Positions 1-13,849 of a stretch of 64,000 bases of DNA are shown here, piece by piece. The notes beneath the pieces were generated by a model, which ran no database searches, was not told the origin of the DNA, and saw only the letters and a list, made by a program, of their open reading frames with translations. Origin of the DNA: Eledone cirrhosa (taxonomy: Eukaryota); contig OZ024764.1 in NCBI GenBank assembly GCA_964016885.1, positions 11,594,001 to 11,658,000 on the forward strand, read 5' to 3'. Numbering within the stretch: position 1 is the stretch's first letter; each line of letters opens with the position of its first letter. Position numbers and translations under genes: made by a program.

Positions 1-347
1 TGTAGGAGACACGGTAAAAACCTCCCAGTCCACGCTGTAAGGTGGATGTGTAGGAGACACAGTAAAAAGGCTCCCAGTCCACACTGTAAAGTGGTCATGT
101 AGGAGACACGGTAAAAAGGCTCCCAGTCCACACTGTAAAGTGGTCATGTAGGTGACACAGTAAAAACCTCCCAGTCCACACTGTAAATGTGGTTGGTGTT
201 AGGAAGGGCATCCAGCCGTAGAAAACCTGCCCGACAGTCCTATACAAGTGAGACATGGTAACCCGATCAATCTTGCCTCAAGTGGGACAATTACCGCCTA
301 ACCCATGGTAGTGTGGAAGATAGGCGTTAAACAATGATGATGATGAT
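1..347 (+). mobile_element. 3' UTR/tail of an RTE-related retroelement with a 48-49 bp internal tandem repeat (4 copies visible, runs off the window start)
   Basis: Contains GGTTGGTGTTAGGAAGGGCATCCAGCC and ends in (GAT)n like the 3' UTR of the RTE at 45690-48203; units TGTAGGAGACAC...CCAGTCCACACTGTAAAG start at 1, 49, 98, 147. Confidence 0.8.
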
Positions 348-582
348 CTGAAGTATTTCCAGCAGAAGAAATGTCTTTTGTGTAATAAAACAACAATGTA
401 TTTTCATTTTTTTTTTACTACTTTGGTGTGATCTTTTGATCACATGGATTTAGGAGTTAATCTACTATTGTTGTGGTTGTTGTTGTTGTTGTGGTTGTTG
501 TTGTTGTGGTTGTTGTTGTGGTGGTGGTGGTTGTTGTTGTGGTGGCTGTTTTTGTTATTAAAACTGGGAAGGTCAAATAATT

Positions 583-738
583 TATATATATATATATGTA
601 TGTATGTGTATATATATATATATGTATGTATATATATATGTATGTATGTATGTATATATATATGTATGTATGTATATATATATATATGTATGTATATATA
701 TATATATGTATGTATATATGTATATATATATATGTATG

Positions 739-771
<33 letters not shown>

Positions 772-873
772 ATAGCTGTATGTATATATATGTATGTATA
801 TATATATATATATGTATGTATATATATGTATATATATATATATATATATAGATAGATAGAGAGAGAATGACGA

Positions 874-929
<56 letters not shown>

Positions 930-985
930 GAGATGGAGAGAGAGGGAGAATGACAAGATGGAGAGAGAGAGAGAGAGAGAGAGAG
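583..985. repeat. (TA)n/(TATG)n then (GA)n microsatellites
   Basis: Direct reading; source of the YIYI/SLSL pseudo-ORFs. Confidence 0.95.
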
Positions 986-1001
986 CATTAAATAAAGCTA
1001 C

Positions 1002-1154
1002 TTGTAAGAGAACATTTTCATTGTAAGGAAATGTCATTGTAAATAATGTTAGCTTCTGTATTGTTGTTGCTGTTGTTTGATGGAGTGTTTGTTGTAACAT
1101 TTGCTTCAATAATGTCCTTGAATGTGGTGCTCCAGTTTGGCCGCAGTCTAAAGA
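1002..1154 (-). other. Candidate host exon (153 nt, open frame [14 protein letters not shown]...NENVLLQ)
   Basis: Non-repetitive island; minus-strand acceptor TTCTTCTACTGCTTTCAG, weak donor CAA|GTAGCT; two frames open; no homology recognised. Confidence 0.3.
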
Positions 1155-1180
1155 CTGAAAGCAGTAGAAGAATGAAAGAA

Positions 1181-1211
<31 letters not shown>

Positions 1212-1220
1212 CATCATTAT

Positions 1221-1615
1221 TGAGGGTCGGACGATTGGCAGTATCGGTGGAGGGCGGTGGATTGGCAGTATCGGTAGAGGGTCGGACGCCATGCTTTCCA
1301 GCATAGTTACGTCCCTTTACGATCTGAGTTCAAATCCCGCCGAGGTTGACTTTGCCTTTCGTCCTTACAGGGGTCGATAAAATAAAGTACCAGTAATGCA
1401 CTGGGTAATTGCTGACCTTGTGCCTAAAGTAGAAACAATTATTGAGGGTCGGACGCCATGCTTTGACCCATAGTGTTACGGCCCTTGCCATTCTGAGTTC
1501 GAATCCCGCCGAGGTTGACTTTGCCTTTCATCCTTAAGGGGTCGATAAAAATAAAGTACCAGTAATACACTGGGGTAATTGCTGGCCTTGTGCCTAAAGT
1601 AGAAACAATTATTAT
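1221..1615 (+). mobile_element. tRNA-derived SINE family 1, one near-full copy plus a 5'-truncated tandem copy
   Basis: A-box-like TGGCAGTATCGG, B-box GAGTTCAAATCC, body GCCTTTCATCCTTACGGGGTCGATAAAATAAAGTACCAG, tail CCTTGTGCC..AAGTAGAAACAATTATT; many copies in window. Confidence 0.85.
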
Positions 1616-1723
1616 TGTTGTCATTTTATGTCCACTTACCATGGTGGAGGAGTTTGGACTCCATATATACATGTATGTATATATATATATATATACATGT
1701 ATGTATATATATATATACATGTA

Positions 1724-1758
<35 letters not shown>

Positions 1759-1866
1759 GAACGAGTAGGACCCCGAGGGCTGAGCTCAAGCCGTTTCGAC
1801 GGCTAATTCTGTCCAGAATTAGCCGTCGAAACGGCTTGAGCTCAGCCATCGGGGTCCTACTCGTTC
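1759..1866. repeat. Near-perfect 108-bp palindrome (53-bp arms, 2-nt loop, 1 mismatch)
   Basis: GAACGAGTAGGACCCCGA...ATTCTG-TC-CAGAAT...GGGGTCCTACTCGTTC; related sequence at 15528-15616. Confidence 0.95.
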
Positions 1867-1959
1867 CTATTACCCACTCTACTACCCTAAGTATTGAGTA
1901 CTTTGGTGCGTTATGGTCCACCTGGTTCCTTACCACATTTCCTTTGTTTTATATATATA

Positions 1960-2003
<44 letters not shown>

Positions 2004-2089
2004 AGGAGGTGAGTTTTATTGTAGCACAATATGTTGATTTAAAACTTCACTATTCACAAGTGTTTTTTAAGCTTCATATCATGTCTCCC

Positions 2090-2157
2090 TATTTTATCTG
2101 ATGAGGATGCAGATATCATTCCATGATATTTGTTTTTGAAATGTGCATAATAAAATA
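2090..2157 (+). ncRNA. Minimal type-I hammerhead ribozyme motif in a (TA)n-flanked short element (~2001-2190)
   Basis: TATTTTAT-CTGATGA-GGATGCAGATATCA/TTCCA/TGATATTTGTTTTT-GAAA-TGTGCA-TA-ATAAAATA: intact core, 8-bp stem I, 14-bp stem II with G-U pairs. Confidence 0.75.
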
Positions 2158-2187
2158 CTTGGGACTCTTTTAACCATCTTTTGATCT

Positions 2188-2240
<53 letters not shown>

Positions 2241-2243
<3 letters not shown>

Positions 2244-2420
2244 TCATCATCATCATCGATTAACGTCCATATTCCACGCTAGCATGGGTTAGACGGGTTT
2301 TTGTCCCATTTAGAGGCAAGTTCGGTCGGGTGACTGTGTCTCACTCGTATAGGAGAGTTTCTGGCTGGTTTTTCTATGGCTAGATACCCTTCTTAACACC
2401 AACCACATAACTTTACAGAG
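2241..2420 (-). mobile_element. RTE-related 3' tail fragment
   Basis: (TCA)n tail abutting (TA)n, then CCACGCTAGCATGGGTTAGACGGG and GATACCCTTCTTAACACCAACC, the reverse complement of the RTE 3' UTR. Confidence 0.8.
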
Positions 2421-2488
2421 AAAGGGTGGTGTGGACGGAAGTGGGAGGATGGAGTAGGGTGAGTAGTGTGGGATGTATATTGGGTTAA

Positions 2489-3069
2489 CCCTGTAGCATT
2501 TACATTACTCTATATTTACTATTGTATTTTCACAGTAAAGGCTTTACCTTACATAATATCTCACATAACATTTACATTACTCTAGATTTACTATTGTATT
2601 TTCATGGTAAAGGCTTTACCCCACATAATATCTCACATAACATTTACATTACTCTAGATTTACTATTGTATTTTCATGGTAAAGGCTTTACCCCACATAA
2701 TATCTCACATAACATTTACATTACTCTATATTTACTATTGTATTTTCATGGTAAAGGCTTTACCCCACATAATATCTCACATAACATTTACATTACTCTA
2801 TATTTACTATTGTATTTTCATGGTAAAGGCTTTACCCCACATAATATCTCACATAACATTTACATTACTCTATATTTACTATTGTATTTTCATGGTAAAG
2901 GCTTTATTTCATAAAATTATTTCACATAATATCGAATCTATGGGATTTTGATAATATTTATTTTGAGAACAATGCCTTAACATCAGTATGAGGGGCTTAT
3001 TATGGCCGGTTTGAATAGAAAGAGGTGAGAGAATTCTGGCCGGATATGGCCGGTTTAAATGCTAAAGGG
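2489..3069 (+). mobile_element. piggyBac-type MITE with internal 72-bp tandem array (6 units)
   Basis: TTAA at 2485-2488 and 3070-3073; TIRs CCCTGTAGCATTTA / TAAATGCTAAAGGG; units start at 2497, 2569, 2641...; TTAA target site plus CCC termini are piggyBac hallmarks. Confidence 0.8.
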
Positions 3070-3073
3070 TTAA

Positions 3074-4050
3074 GAGGTGTCTGCTGACTGTAGTTTTAAG
3101 TTCATATGTAAGGGAAGGCACGTCTTCTGTACAACTGTATGGTGCCAAAGGTCTTGATCCAGTGACATTGTCTTAGAGAGGTGTAGGTGAGCAAGGTCAA
3201 TCTTTATCACCTCGTCCCAGGTTTTTCTTGGTCTACCCACTCCGTAGCTTCCATCAATTTTCATTGCTCTGCACTTTTTTATACAGCTGTCGTCCTTCAT
3301 ACGCATCACATGTCCATACCAACGCAATCTCCTCTCCAGAACACAACATTTGATACCTCTTTTGCTTAGTCTCTCTCTTAATTCATTTATGCTTTGCCGT
3401 TCGCATGGAGGCACATGGCTTAGTGGTTAGGGCATTGGCCTTGCAATCGAAAGGTTGTGAGTTCAATTCTCAGACCGGGTGATGTGTTGTTTCCTTGAGC
3501 AAGACACTTTATTTCACATTGCTCCAGTTTACTCAGCTGTAGAAATGAGATGATAGGGACAGGGGTCCCTATCATTCCACTGCAAAGTGGTCGTGGAGGT
3601 GCAACGGCAAAAAAGCACCCAGCACTCACTGTAAATGAGGTTGGTGTTAGGAAGGGCATCCAGCTGTAGAAATCAAGCCAGAATCAGTTCCCGTCCCACC
3701 CTTGCAAGCAGGGAAAAAAACGGACGTAAAATGAAATGATGATGATGATGATACATTACTATTACACATCCATTGGAACATGCAAGCTTCATTTCTTTCT
3801 AACCTACGCAAGTCTTCAGCACACAACACCCAGGTCTCACTACCATGTAATATCACCATTCGTATACAAGCATCATACAATCTACCTTTCATTTTTAGAG
3901 AAAAACCCCTTGTGGCCAACAGCGGTATTAGCTCTCTGAATATTTCCCATCCCATTCTAACTCTGGCTACTGTACTTTCACAGCACCCACCTACACTGCT
4001 GATTTTGTCACCCAGGTAACGGAAAGTGTCTATTTCTATAGAACCATCAG
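3074..4050 (-). pseudogene. Decayed RTE LINE ORF C-terminal fragment, interrupted by a SINE
   Basis: TFRYLGD...LHGSETW...ERNEACM and RRLRWYGHVMRM...GRPRKTW, closely similar to the 45690-47901 ORF. Confidence 0.9.
3407..3752 (+). mobile_element. CORE-type tRNA SINE (family 2) with RTE-derived 3' half and (GAT)n tail
   Basis: A box TGGCTTAGTGG, B box GAGTTCAATTC, CORE-like CCTTGAGCAAGACACTTT...CAGCTGTAGAAATG; near-identical copies at 16359 and 32769. Confidence 0.85.
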
Positions 4051-4094
4051 AAATCCACCCATAAATATATACATTTATGGGTGGATTTCTGATG
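4045..4094. repeat. Perfect 22-bp-arm hairpin at the 5' truncation point of the RTE fragment
   Basis: CATCAGAAATCCACCCATAAAT-ATATAC-ATTTATGGGTGGATTTCTGATG. Confidence 0.9.
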
Positions 4095-4172
4095 TATATT
4101 TCGAGGTGACCACAGTTAAAAAGGGTACTCAATACATTTGTAGAGAATATGCGTCTTTTATATAGAAATTAC

Positions 4173-4259
4173 TTCTACTAAAGTATAACTGTTGATTTCA
4201 TACAAATGAAACATCTTTGCTTTTGTCTTGCAAGATTCCTGATATGAAATAATCTGTTG
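4173..4259 (-). other. Candidate host exon (87 nt, open frame QQIISYQESCKTKAK...YTLVE)
   Basis: Minus-strand acceptor CCTGCTTTCCCGTCTAG and donor GAA|GTAATT; unique sequence between repeats. Confidence 0.3.
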
Positions 4260-4349
4260 CTAGACGGGAAAGCAGGCGTTAATAATAATAATAATATTAA
4301 TGGTGGTGGTGGTGGTGGTGGTGGTGGTGGATATATATATATATATACA

Positions 4350-5615
4350 TTAGAGAAAAATAAGCCACTCTACTTAGCCTTTGTTGACCTAGAGAAGGCC
4401 TTTGATAGGGTACCCCGATCTGTCATCTGGTGGTCTCTAAGGAAGCTAGGTGTTGAGGAATGGCTTGTAAGGACAGTGCAAACTTTGTACAGAGGTACTC
4501 TCAGTAAAGTCAGGGTAGGAATGGAGTTTAGTGAGGAATTCCAGATACAAGTAGGAGTACATCAAGGTTCGGTCCTCAGCCCACTCTTGTTCATTATAAT
4601 CCTCCAAGCCATAACAGAGGAGTTTAAGACTGGCTGTCCATGGGAACTTCTCTTATAGCAGAATCAGTAGAAGAGCTAGAGAATAAATTCTGGCTATGGA
4701 AACAGCAGTTGGAAGCAAGAGGACTGAGAGTGAACCTAGCTAAGACAAAAGTGTTGATGAGTAGAAAAGAGGACAAAACCCTGATTCTGTCAGGGAAATG
4801 GCCATGTTTGATATGCAGAAAAGGAACTGGCATAAATTCTATAAAATGCACACAATGCAGATCCTGGGTACACAAGAGATGTAGCGGGATAGCAGGCAAA
4901 CTAACAGGTAGGGAGAAATATGTATGCAGTAGATGTACAGGGAAATTAGACAGTAGAAGTCGCATTGATAGACACATTTTTCAGATGCAGGAGGGTGGAT
5001 AGAAGTGGTGGATAGCTTCCGGTACCTAGGAGATCAGATTAGCATGGGAGGAGGGTGTTCCGAGGCCATAGTATCTAGAATAAGGACGGGTTGGAAGAAG
5101 TTTAGGGAGCTGCTTCCTCTGTTGACGAAGAAGGGTTTCTCCCTGCGTACGAAAGGCCGGTTGTATGATGCCTGTGTGAGGAACGCGATGCTGTATGGTA
5201 GTGAGATATGGGCAGCAACTGCAGAGGATATGCGACGGCTGGAGAGAAATGAGGCAAGCATGCTCCGTTGGATGTGCAATGTCAGTGTGCGTGAACGACC
5301 CAGCATAAATGTGTTGAGAGAGAAACTGTGTCTGAGAGGGATAGCATGTAGTGTACGGGAGAGGAGACTTTGGTGGTATGGACGTGTGATGCGCATGGAC
5401 GATGACCGATGGGTGAAGAAGTGCCAGGAAATGCCAGTTGAAGGAAGACGTGGTAGAGGTAGACCACGAAAAAATTGGGTGGAGGTGGTGAGAACAGACC
5501 TCAGATCATTCAAGCTCACGGTGGAGGTGACGAGTGGAGAGATGCTGTGCTGAATAAGACCCGTCCCACCCTTGCAAGCAGGTAAAAGCGGACGTAAAAT
5601 GATGATGATGATGAT
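4350..5615 (+). pseudogene. 5'-truncated RTE LINE (subfamily A, short 3' UTR) with frameshifts; YADD motif deleted
   Basis: FVDLEKAFDRVPR, QGSVLSPLLF, PHD-like CLIC...CSRC, SFRYLG, LYGSE; ends GTCCCACCCTTGCAAGCAGG...(GAT)n. Confidence 0.92.
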
Positions 5616-5734
5616 ACACACACACATATATATATATATATGTATGCATACACGCATACATATATGTGTATATATATATATATATGTATTAGAATATAAA
5701 TATTAATAAAATAGATTTTCTTTTGATCAATTAC

Positions 5735-5787
5735 ATTTTATTGTACATATTTCGGATGTACAACAGTACGTCTTCATCAGACAAGAT
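5735..5787 (-). ncRNA. Degenerate minimal hammerhead motif in a (TA)n-flanked element (~5685-5905)
   Basis: Minus strand ATCTTGT-CTGATGA-AGACGTAC/TGTT/GTACATCC-GAAA-TATGTA-CA-ATAAAAT; the cleavage-site U is mutated to C; element alignable with 60300-60700. Confidence 0.65.
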
Positions 5788-5906
5788 ATAATGATACATG
5801 ACATACCCTAAGATATTAAATGGTTAAGATTTAATCAAGGTAGTGCTTCCAATCTACTGTAAAACTCATTCTTTGATGTACTCATTGAATCTTGTTTAAC
5901 TCTTCA

Positions 5907-5959
<53 letters not shown>

Positions 5960-6342
5960 CATGCATGTATATATATATACATGCATGTATATATATATAT
6001 ATATATATATGCATGCATGTGTGTGTATATATATATATATGCATGCATGTGTGTGTATATATATATATATATGAATATATATATATATATACATGCATGC
6101 ATGTATATATATATATATATGTATACACACACACACATGCATATATATATATATATACACACACATGTATGCATATATATGTATATATATATATATATAT
6201 ACATGCATGTATATATATATATATATATATTTATACATACATGTATGTATATATATATATATATACACACACATGCATGCATGCATATATATATATATAC
6301 TATATATATATATATATATTTATATATATACATGCATGTATG

Positions 6343-6375
<33 letters not shown>

Positions 6376-6410
6376 ATGTATGTATAGAGAGAGAGAGAGA
6401 GAGAGGGGGA
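5907..6410. repeat. (TA)n/(CATG)/(CA)n compound microsatellite
   Basis: Direct reading. Confidence 0.95.
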
Positions 6411-6580
6411 GGAGATATATTTTTATATAACCCCCCACCACTACCACCAGCTCCACTCACTTTTGTTGCAGACAACAATATGGATTAAATGAAGCGATAA
6501 TGTTTGTGAAACGTGATAATGCTTGTTTTTTAGTGATGTCCATTCTTGCATTCTTCTTCTTATTCTTCTTCTTCCTCGCC

Positions 6581-6614
<34 letters not shown>

Positions 6615-6687
6615 TCCGTCAATATTCACGACATCAGCGACATTTACAGTGAAGTAGCTTTGTAAAGTGTCTGTATGCATGTTTCGA

Positions 6688-7100
6688 TGTTGTTGCTGTT
6701 GTGGTTGTTTTGGTGTTGTTGGTGTTGTTGTTATTGATGGTTGTTGTGGTTGTTGTTGTTATTGTTATTGTTGGTGTTGTGGTAGTTGTTGTTAGTGTTG
6801 GTGTTGTGGTTGTTGTTGATATTGTTGTGGTTGCTGTTGTTATTGTTGGTGTTGTGGTTGTGGTTGATATTGTTGGTGTTGTGGTTGTTGTTATTGTTGG
6901 TGTTGTGGTTGTTTTTGTCATGTAGTTTTTGTGGTTGTTGGTTGTTATTGTTGGTACTGTTATGGTTTTCATAGTTGTTGTTATTGCCTTGTGTTTTTAT
7001 TAGGTTGTTGGTGTTGTTATGGTTTTTGTGGTTATTGTTGGTGTTGTTGTTGTGGTGGTGGTGTTGTTGGTTTTTGTGGTTGTTGTGGTTATTGTAGTCG
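6688..7100. repeat. Degenerate (GTT)n trinucleotide tract
   Basis: Direct reading. Confidence 0.9.
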
Positions 7101-7309
7101 TCTTGATGGTTGTTTATTTGCTGCTGTTGGTGTCTGTATGTCTGTATCCTTGACAATGTAATGATGAGGATGATACTCTGGTGTGAAAAAAAATGAGAGA
7201 AATAGATAGAGAGAAAAACAAACAACATAAACAACAACATGAACGATAACACTACAACACCAACCACAGTTTCATCACTAACAACAACAATATCTAATAC
7301 ATCCACCAC

Positions 7310-7364
7310 CATCTATCTATCTACCTGTTTCTCTATATCTCTGTCTATCTCTCTCTATATATCA

Positions 7365-7395
<31 letters not shown>

Positions 7396-7509
7396 CCCCC
7401 CTTTGTATTTGTCTCTTCTTTTTATGCCTTTATGGTAAATAAAGAAATATATCTATCTATCTATCTGTATATCTCTATCTATCTATCTATCTGTATCTAT
7501 CTGTATATC

Positions 7510-7544
<35 letters not shown>

Positions 7545-7573
7545 GTATCTCTCTCTCTATCTCTCTGTATCTT

Positions 7574-7604
<31 letters not shown>

Positions 7605-7863
7605 CTATCTGTATCTCTCTCTCTATCTCTCTGTATCTTTCTCTCTCTCTCTATCTATCTATTTATCTCTCTGTATATATATCTCTCTATCTCTCTATCT
7701 ATCTGTATCTCTCTCTATCTCTCTATCTATCTGTATCTCTCTCTCTATCTCTCTCTCTCTCTATCTATCTCTCTATCTATCTATCTATCTGTATCTATCT
7801 GTATATCTCTATCTATCTATCTATCTATCTATCTGTATCTCTCTCTCTATCTCTCTGTATCTT

Positions 7864-7904
<41 letters not shown>

Positions 7905-8130
7905 GTATCTCTCTCTCTATCTCTCTCTCTCTCTATCTATCTCTCTATCTATCTATTTATCTCTCTGTATATATATCTCTCTATCTCTCTATCTATCTGT
8001 ATCTCTCTCTATCTCTCTATCTATCTGTATCTCTCTCTCTATCTCTCTCTCTCTCTATCTATCTCTCTATTTATCTATCTATCTCTATTTTTCTCTCTCT
8101 CTCTCTCTCTCTCTATTATCTATCTATCTA
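7310..8130. repeat. (TATC)n/(TC)n compound microsatellite
   Basis: Direct reading. Confidence 0.95.
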
Positions 8131-8171
8131 TTTGTGATAGTATTTTACACGTTTTTATTGTATGTAAACTT

Positions 8172-8225
8172 CCCCCTTTGTATTTGTCCCCTTCTTTTTG
8201 TGCCCCTGTGGCTAATAAAGAAACA
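8172..8225 (+). mobile_element. Short dispersed 3'-end fragment of an unidentified retroelement (also ~7397-7447 and ~11405-11450)
   Basis: TTTGTATTTGTCCCCTTC..GTGCCCCTGTGGCTAATAAAGAAA in three variants, each followed by TATC/TC repeats. Confidence 0.55.
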
Positions 8226-8609
8226 TATCTCTCTCTCTCTCTCCAAGAAACATATCTCTCTCTCTCTCTCCCCCCCTCTCTCTCTCTCTCCAAGAAACAT
8301 ATCTCTCTCTCTCTCTCTCCCCCCTCTCTCTCTCTCTCCAAGAAACATATACACTTCACTATTTCTCCCTCTGACCTGTAAACATACACATACAAGCATA
8401 CACTATCTCTTTCTACACACACACACACACATATACATAGACACACCCACACACACATGCCTACACAATCTCTCTATTCACTCACCACCCATCCACATAC
8501 ATATATGCATACAAGCACACACATACACACACACCAATTTACATTTGAATATTGTTTATACATCCAAATCGTAAAGAGAGCAAATAGTACCATCCCCACC
8601 ACCACCATT

Positions 8610-11397
<2,788 letters not shown>

Positions 11398-11709
11398 AAT
11401 CAAACTGTATTTGTCCCCTTCTGTTGTGCCCCTGTGGCTAATAAAGAAATCTATCTATCCTCTATCTGTCTATCTATGTGTATTCTTTTGGATGTGTTGG
11501 TGGTGTTGTTGTAGTTGTAGTTGTTGTTGTAGTTGTTGTTATTCTTGTGCTTGTCGTTGCGGGATTTTGATTGTTGGTGGTTTTGTTGTTGTAGTGGTGG
11601 TTGTGGTGGTTGCGGTGTTGCTGTTGTAGTTGTAGTGGTTGTGGTGGTTGTTACATTTGTTGTTGTTCTTTTATATGTACGCAACAAGTCTCCTTGCATC
11701 TCACCCAAC

Positions 11710-11992
11710 TAGCCAGCCAGCCCCCACTACACCCAGCCAGCCCCCGCTACACCCAGCCAGCCCCCACTACACCCAGCCAGTCCCCGCTACACCCAGCCAG
11801 CCCCCGCTACACCCAGCCAGCCCCCGCTCCACCCAGCCAGCCCCCACTACACCCAGCCAGCCCCCACTCCACCCAGCCAGCCCCCACTACACCCAGCCAG
11901 CCCCCACTACACCCAGCCAGCCCCCACTCAACCCGCCAGCCCCCCACTCATTCCAGCCAGCCCCCACTTCATCCAGCCAGCCCCCACTCAAC
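11710..11992. repeat. 20-bp C-rich minisatellite (ACCCAGCCAGCCCCCACTAC), ~14 units
   Basis: Direct reading; G-rich minus strand. Confidence 0.95.
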
Positions 11993-12049
11993 CCTCTCCC
12001 CCCTTTTCCGCTCCACTGATCTTCCAAACACTGGATCATCAGTCAACAA

Positions 12050-12081
<32 letters not shown>

Positions 12082-12177
12082 ACAACAACAACAATACAAA
12101 TGATACCAAAGAATGCCACCATTCATCAAAGAAAACCTAGATACAAACATTGCCAGAGTCTCTCTGAGGATTTCTAA

Positions 12178-12296
12178 CCACCACCATCATCATCATCACC
12201 ACCACCACCGCCACCACATTCATTACCACTACCACCACCACCATCATCATCATCACCACCATCACCACCACCGCCACCACCACATTCATTACCACT

Positions 12297-12327
<31 letters not shown>

Positions 12328-12601
12328 CCACTACCACCACCACATTCATTACCACTAACACCACCATCATCATCACCATCACCACCATCACCACTACCAC
12401 CACCATCATCATCATCATCATCATCATCATCACCATCATCATCATCACCATCACCACCACCGCCACATTCATTACCACTACCACTACCATCATCACCATC
12501 ACCACTACCACCACCATCATCATCATCACCACCACCACTACCACCGCCACTCCCACCACCATCATCATCATCACCATCATGTTCACCACCATTATCATCA
12601 T
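12178..12601. repeat. (CAC/CAT)n trinucleotide tract
   Basis: Direct reading. Confidence 0.95.
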
Positions 12602-12712
12602 AGAGTTATGACCCTTTATGTTCTGAGTTCAAATCCTGCTGAAGTTAGCTTTGCCTTTCATCCTTACGGGGTCAATAAAATAAAGTACCAGTAATACTCT
12701 AGGGCTAATTTA
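12602..12712 (+). mobile_element. SINE family 1 fragment
   Basis: GAGTTCAAATCC B box and GCCTTTCATCCTTACGGGGTCAATAAAATAAAGTACCAG. Confidence 0.8.
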
Positions 12713-12739
12713 ATCGTATAGTGGTGGGCATAACTTCCA

Positions 12740-12777
<38 letters not shown>

Positions 12778-12778
<1 letters not shown>

Positions 12779-13075
12779 CATCATCATCACCATTTTACAT
12801 CCGTTCTTCCACGCTAGCATGGGTTAGACGGGTTGTCCTGTTGTGGGCAGTGTCCGATCGGCTGACCTTGTCTTGCTCATACAGGAACTGATTCTGGCTT
12901 GACATCTACAGCTGGATGCCCTTCCTAACACCAACCTCATTTACAGTGAGTGCTGGGTGCTTTTTTGCCGTGGCACCTCCACGACCACTTTGCTTCAGCT
13001 TCGGCTTGTACCCGTGGGGGGTCGGGTCTTCTGTATTACTGCGTGATGCCAGAGGTCATGGTCGTGTGTCATTGC
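12778..13075 (-). mobile_element. RTE subfamily B 3' end (ORF terminus plus long 3' UTR)
   Basis: Minus-strand MTHDHDLWHHAVIQKTRPP matches the ORF end at ~47830-47890; (TCA)n tail. Confidence 0.88.
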
Positions 13076-13117
13076 ATATATATGCGTGTGTGTGTGTGTG
13101 TGTGTGTGCGTGTGTAA

Positions 13118-13849
13118 AGTCAATGTACGTGAACGACCAAGCATGGATGAGTTGAGAGAGAAACTGTGTCTGAGAGGGATAAGTTGTAGTGTGCGGGAGA
13201 GAAGACTGAGGTGGTATGGAAATGGAGGTTGACCGATGGGTAAAGAAGTGCCAAGAAATCCCAGTAGAGGAAGACCACAAAAAACATGGGCGAAGGTGGT
13301 GATAGCGGACCTCAGATTGCTGAAGCTCACAGAGGAGATGATGAAGGACCGTGACAAGTAGAGAGACGCTGTGCTGAATAGGACCGTCCCACCCTTACAA
13401 GCAGGGAAAAGCGGATGTAAAATGATGAAGATGATGATGATGATGATATATATATATATATGAAAGGGTCAAATTAGATGAGAATGAGATGCAGTTTGGT
13501 TTTGTGCCTCGGAAAAGTACAACAGATGCCCTCTTCTTAGTGAGACAACTACAAGAGAGGTTCTTAGAGAAGAATAAGCCACTATACTTAGCCTTTATGA
13601 GAATACTGCTGCACCAGTCTTTGGGTATGACACTGCCATATATAGCTTGATTGAAGACGCAGTAGAGGTAGACCACGATAAACATGGGCAGATGTGGTGA
13701 GAGCTGAGCTCAGATTGCTGAAGCTCACGGAGGAGATGACGAAGGACCGTGACAAGTGGAGAGACGCTGTGCTGAATAGGACCCATGACACCCTTGCAAG
13801 CAGGGAAAAGCGGACATAAAATGATAATGATGATGATGATGATGATGAT
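13118..13849 (+). mobile_element. Two consecutive RTE subfamily A 3' fragments; the second is rearranged with a short inverted RT segment
   Basis: Two ...ACCCTT(A/G)CAAGCAGGGAAAAGCGG..(GAT)n tails ending ~13446 and ~13849; MQFGFVP...KPLYLAF on + followed by inverted NQAIYGSVIPKDWCSSI. Confidence 0.85.

Noticed and set aside
3407-3480. tRNA gene
   Set aside because: A/B boxes belong to a SINE head; no complete cloverleaf and it continues into CORE and LINE-derived tail
12020-12055. Minus-strand CTGATGA-TCCA/GTGTT/TGGA hairpin
   Set aside because: Followed by AGAT rather than GAAA; no stems I or III
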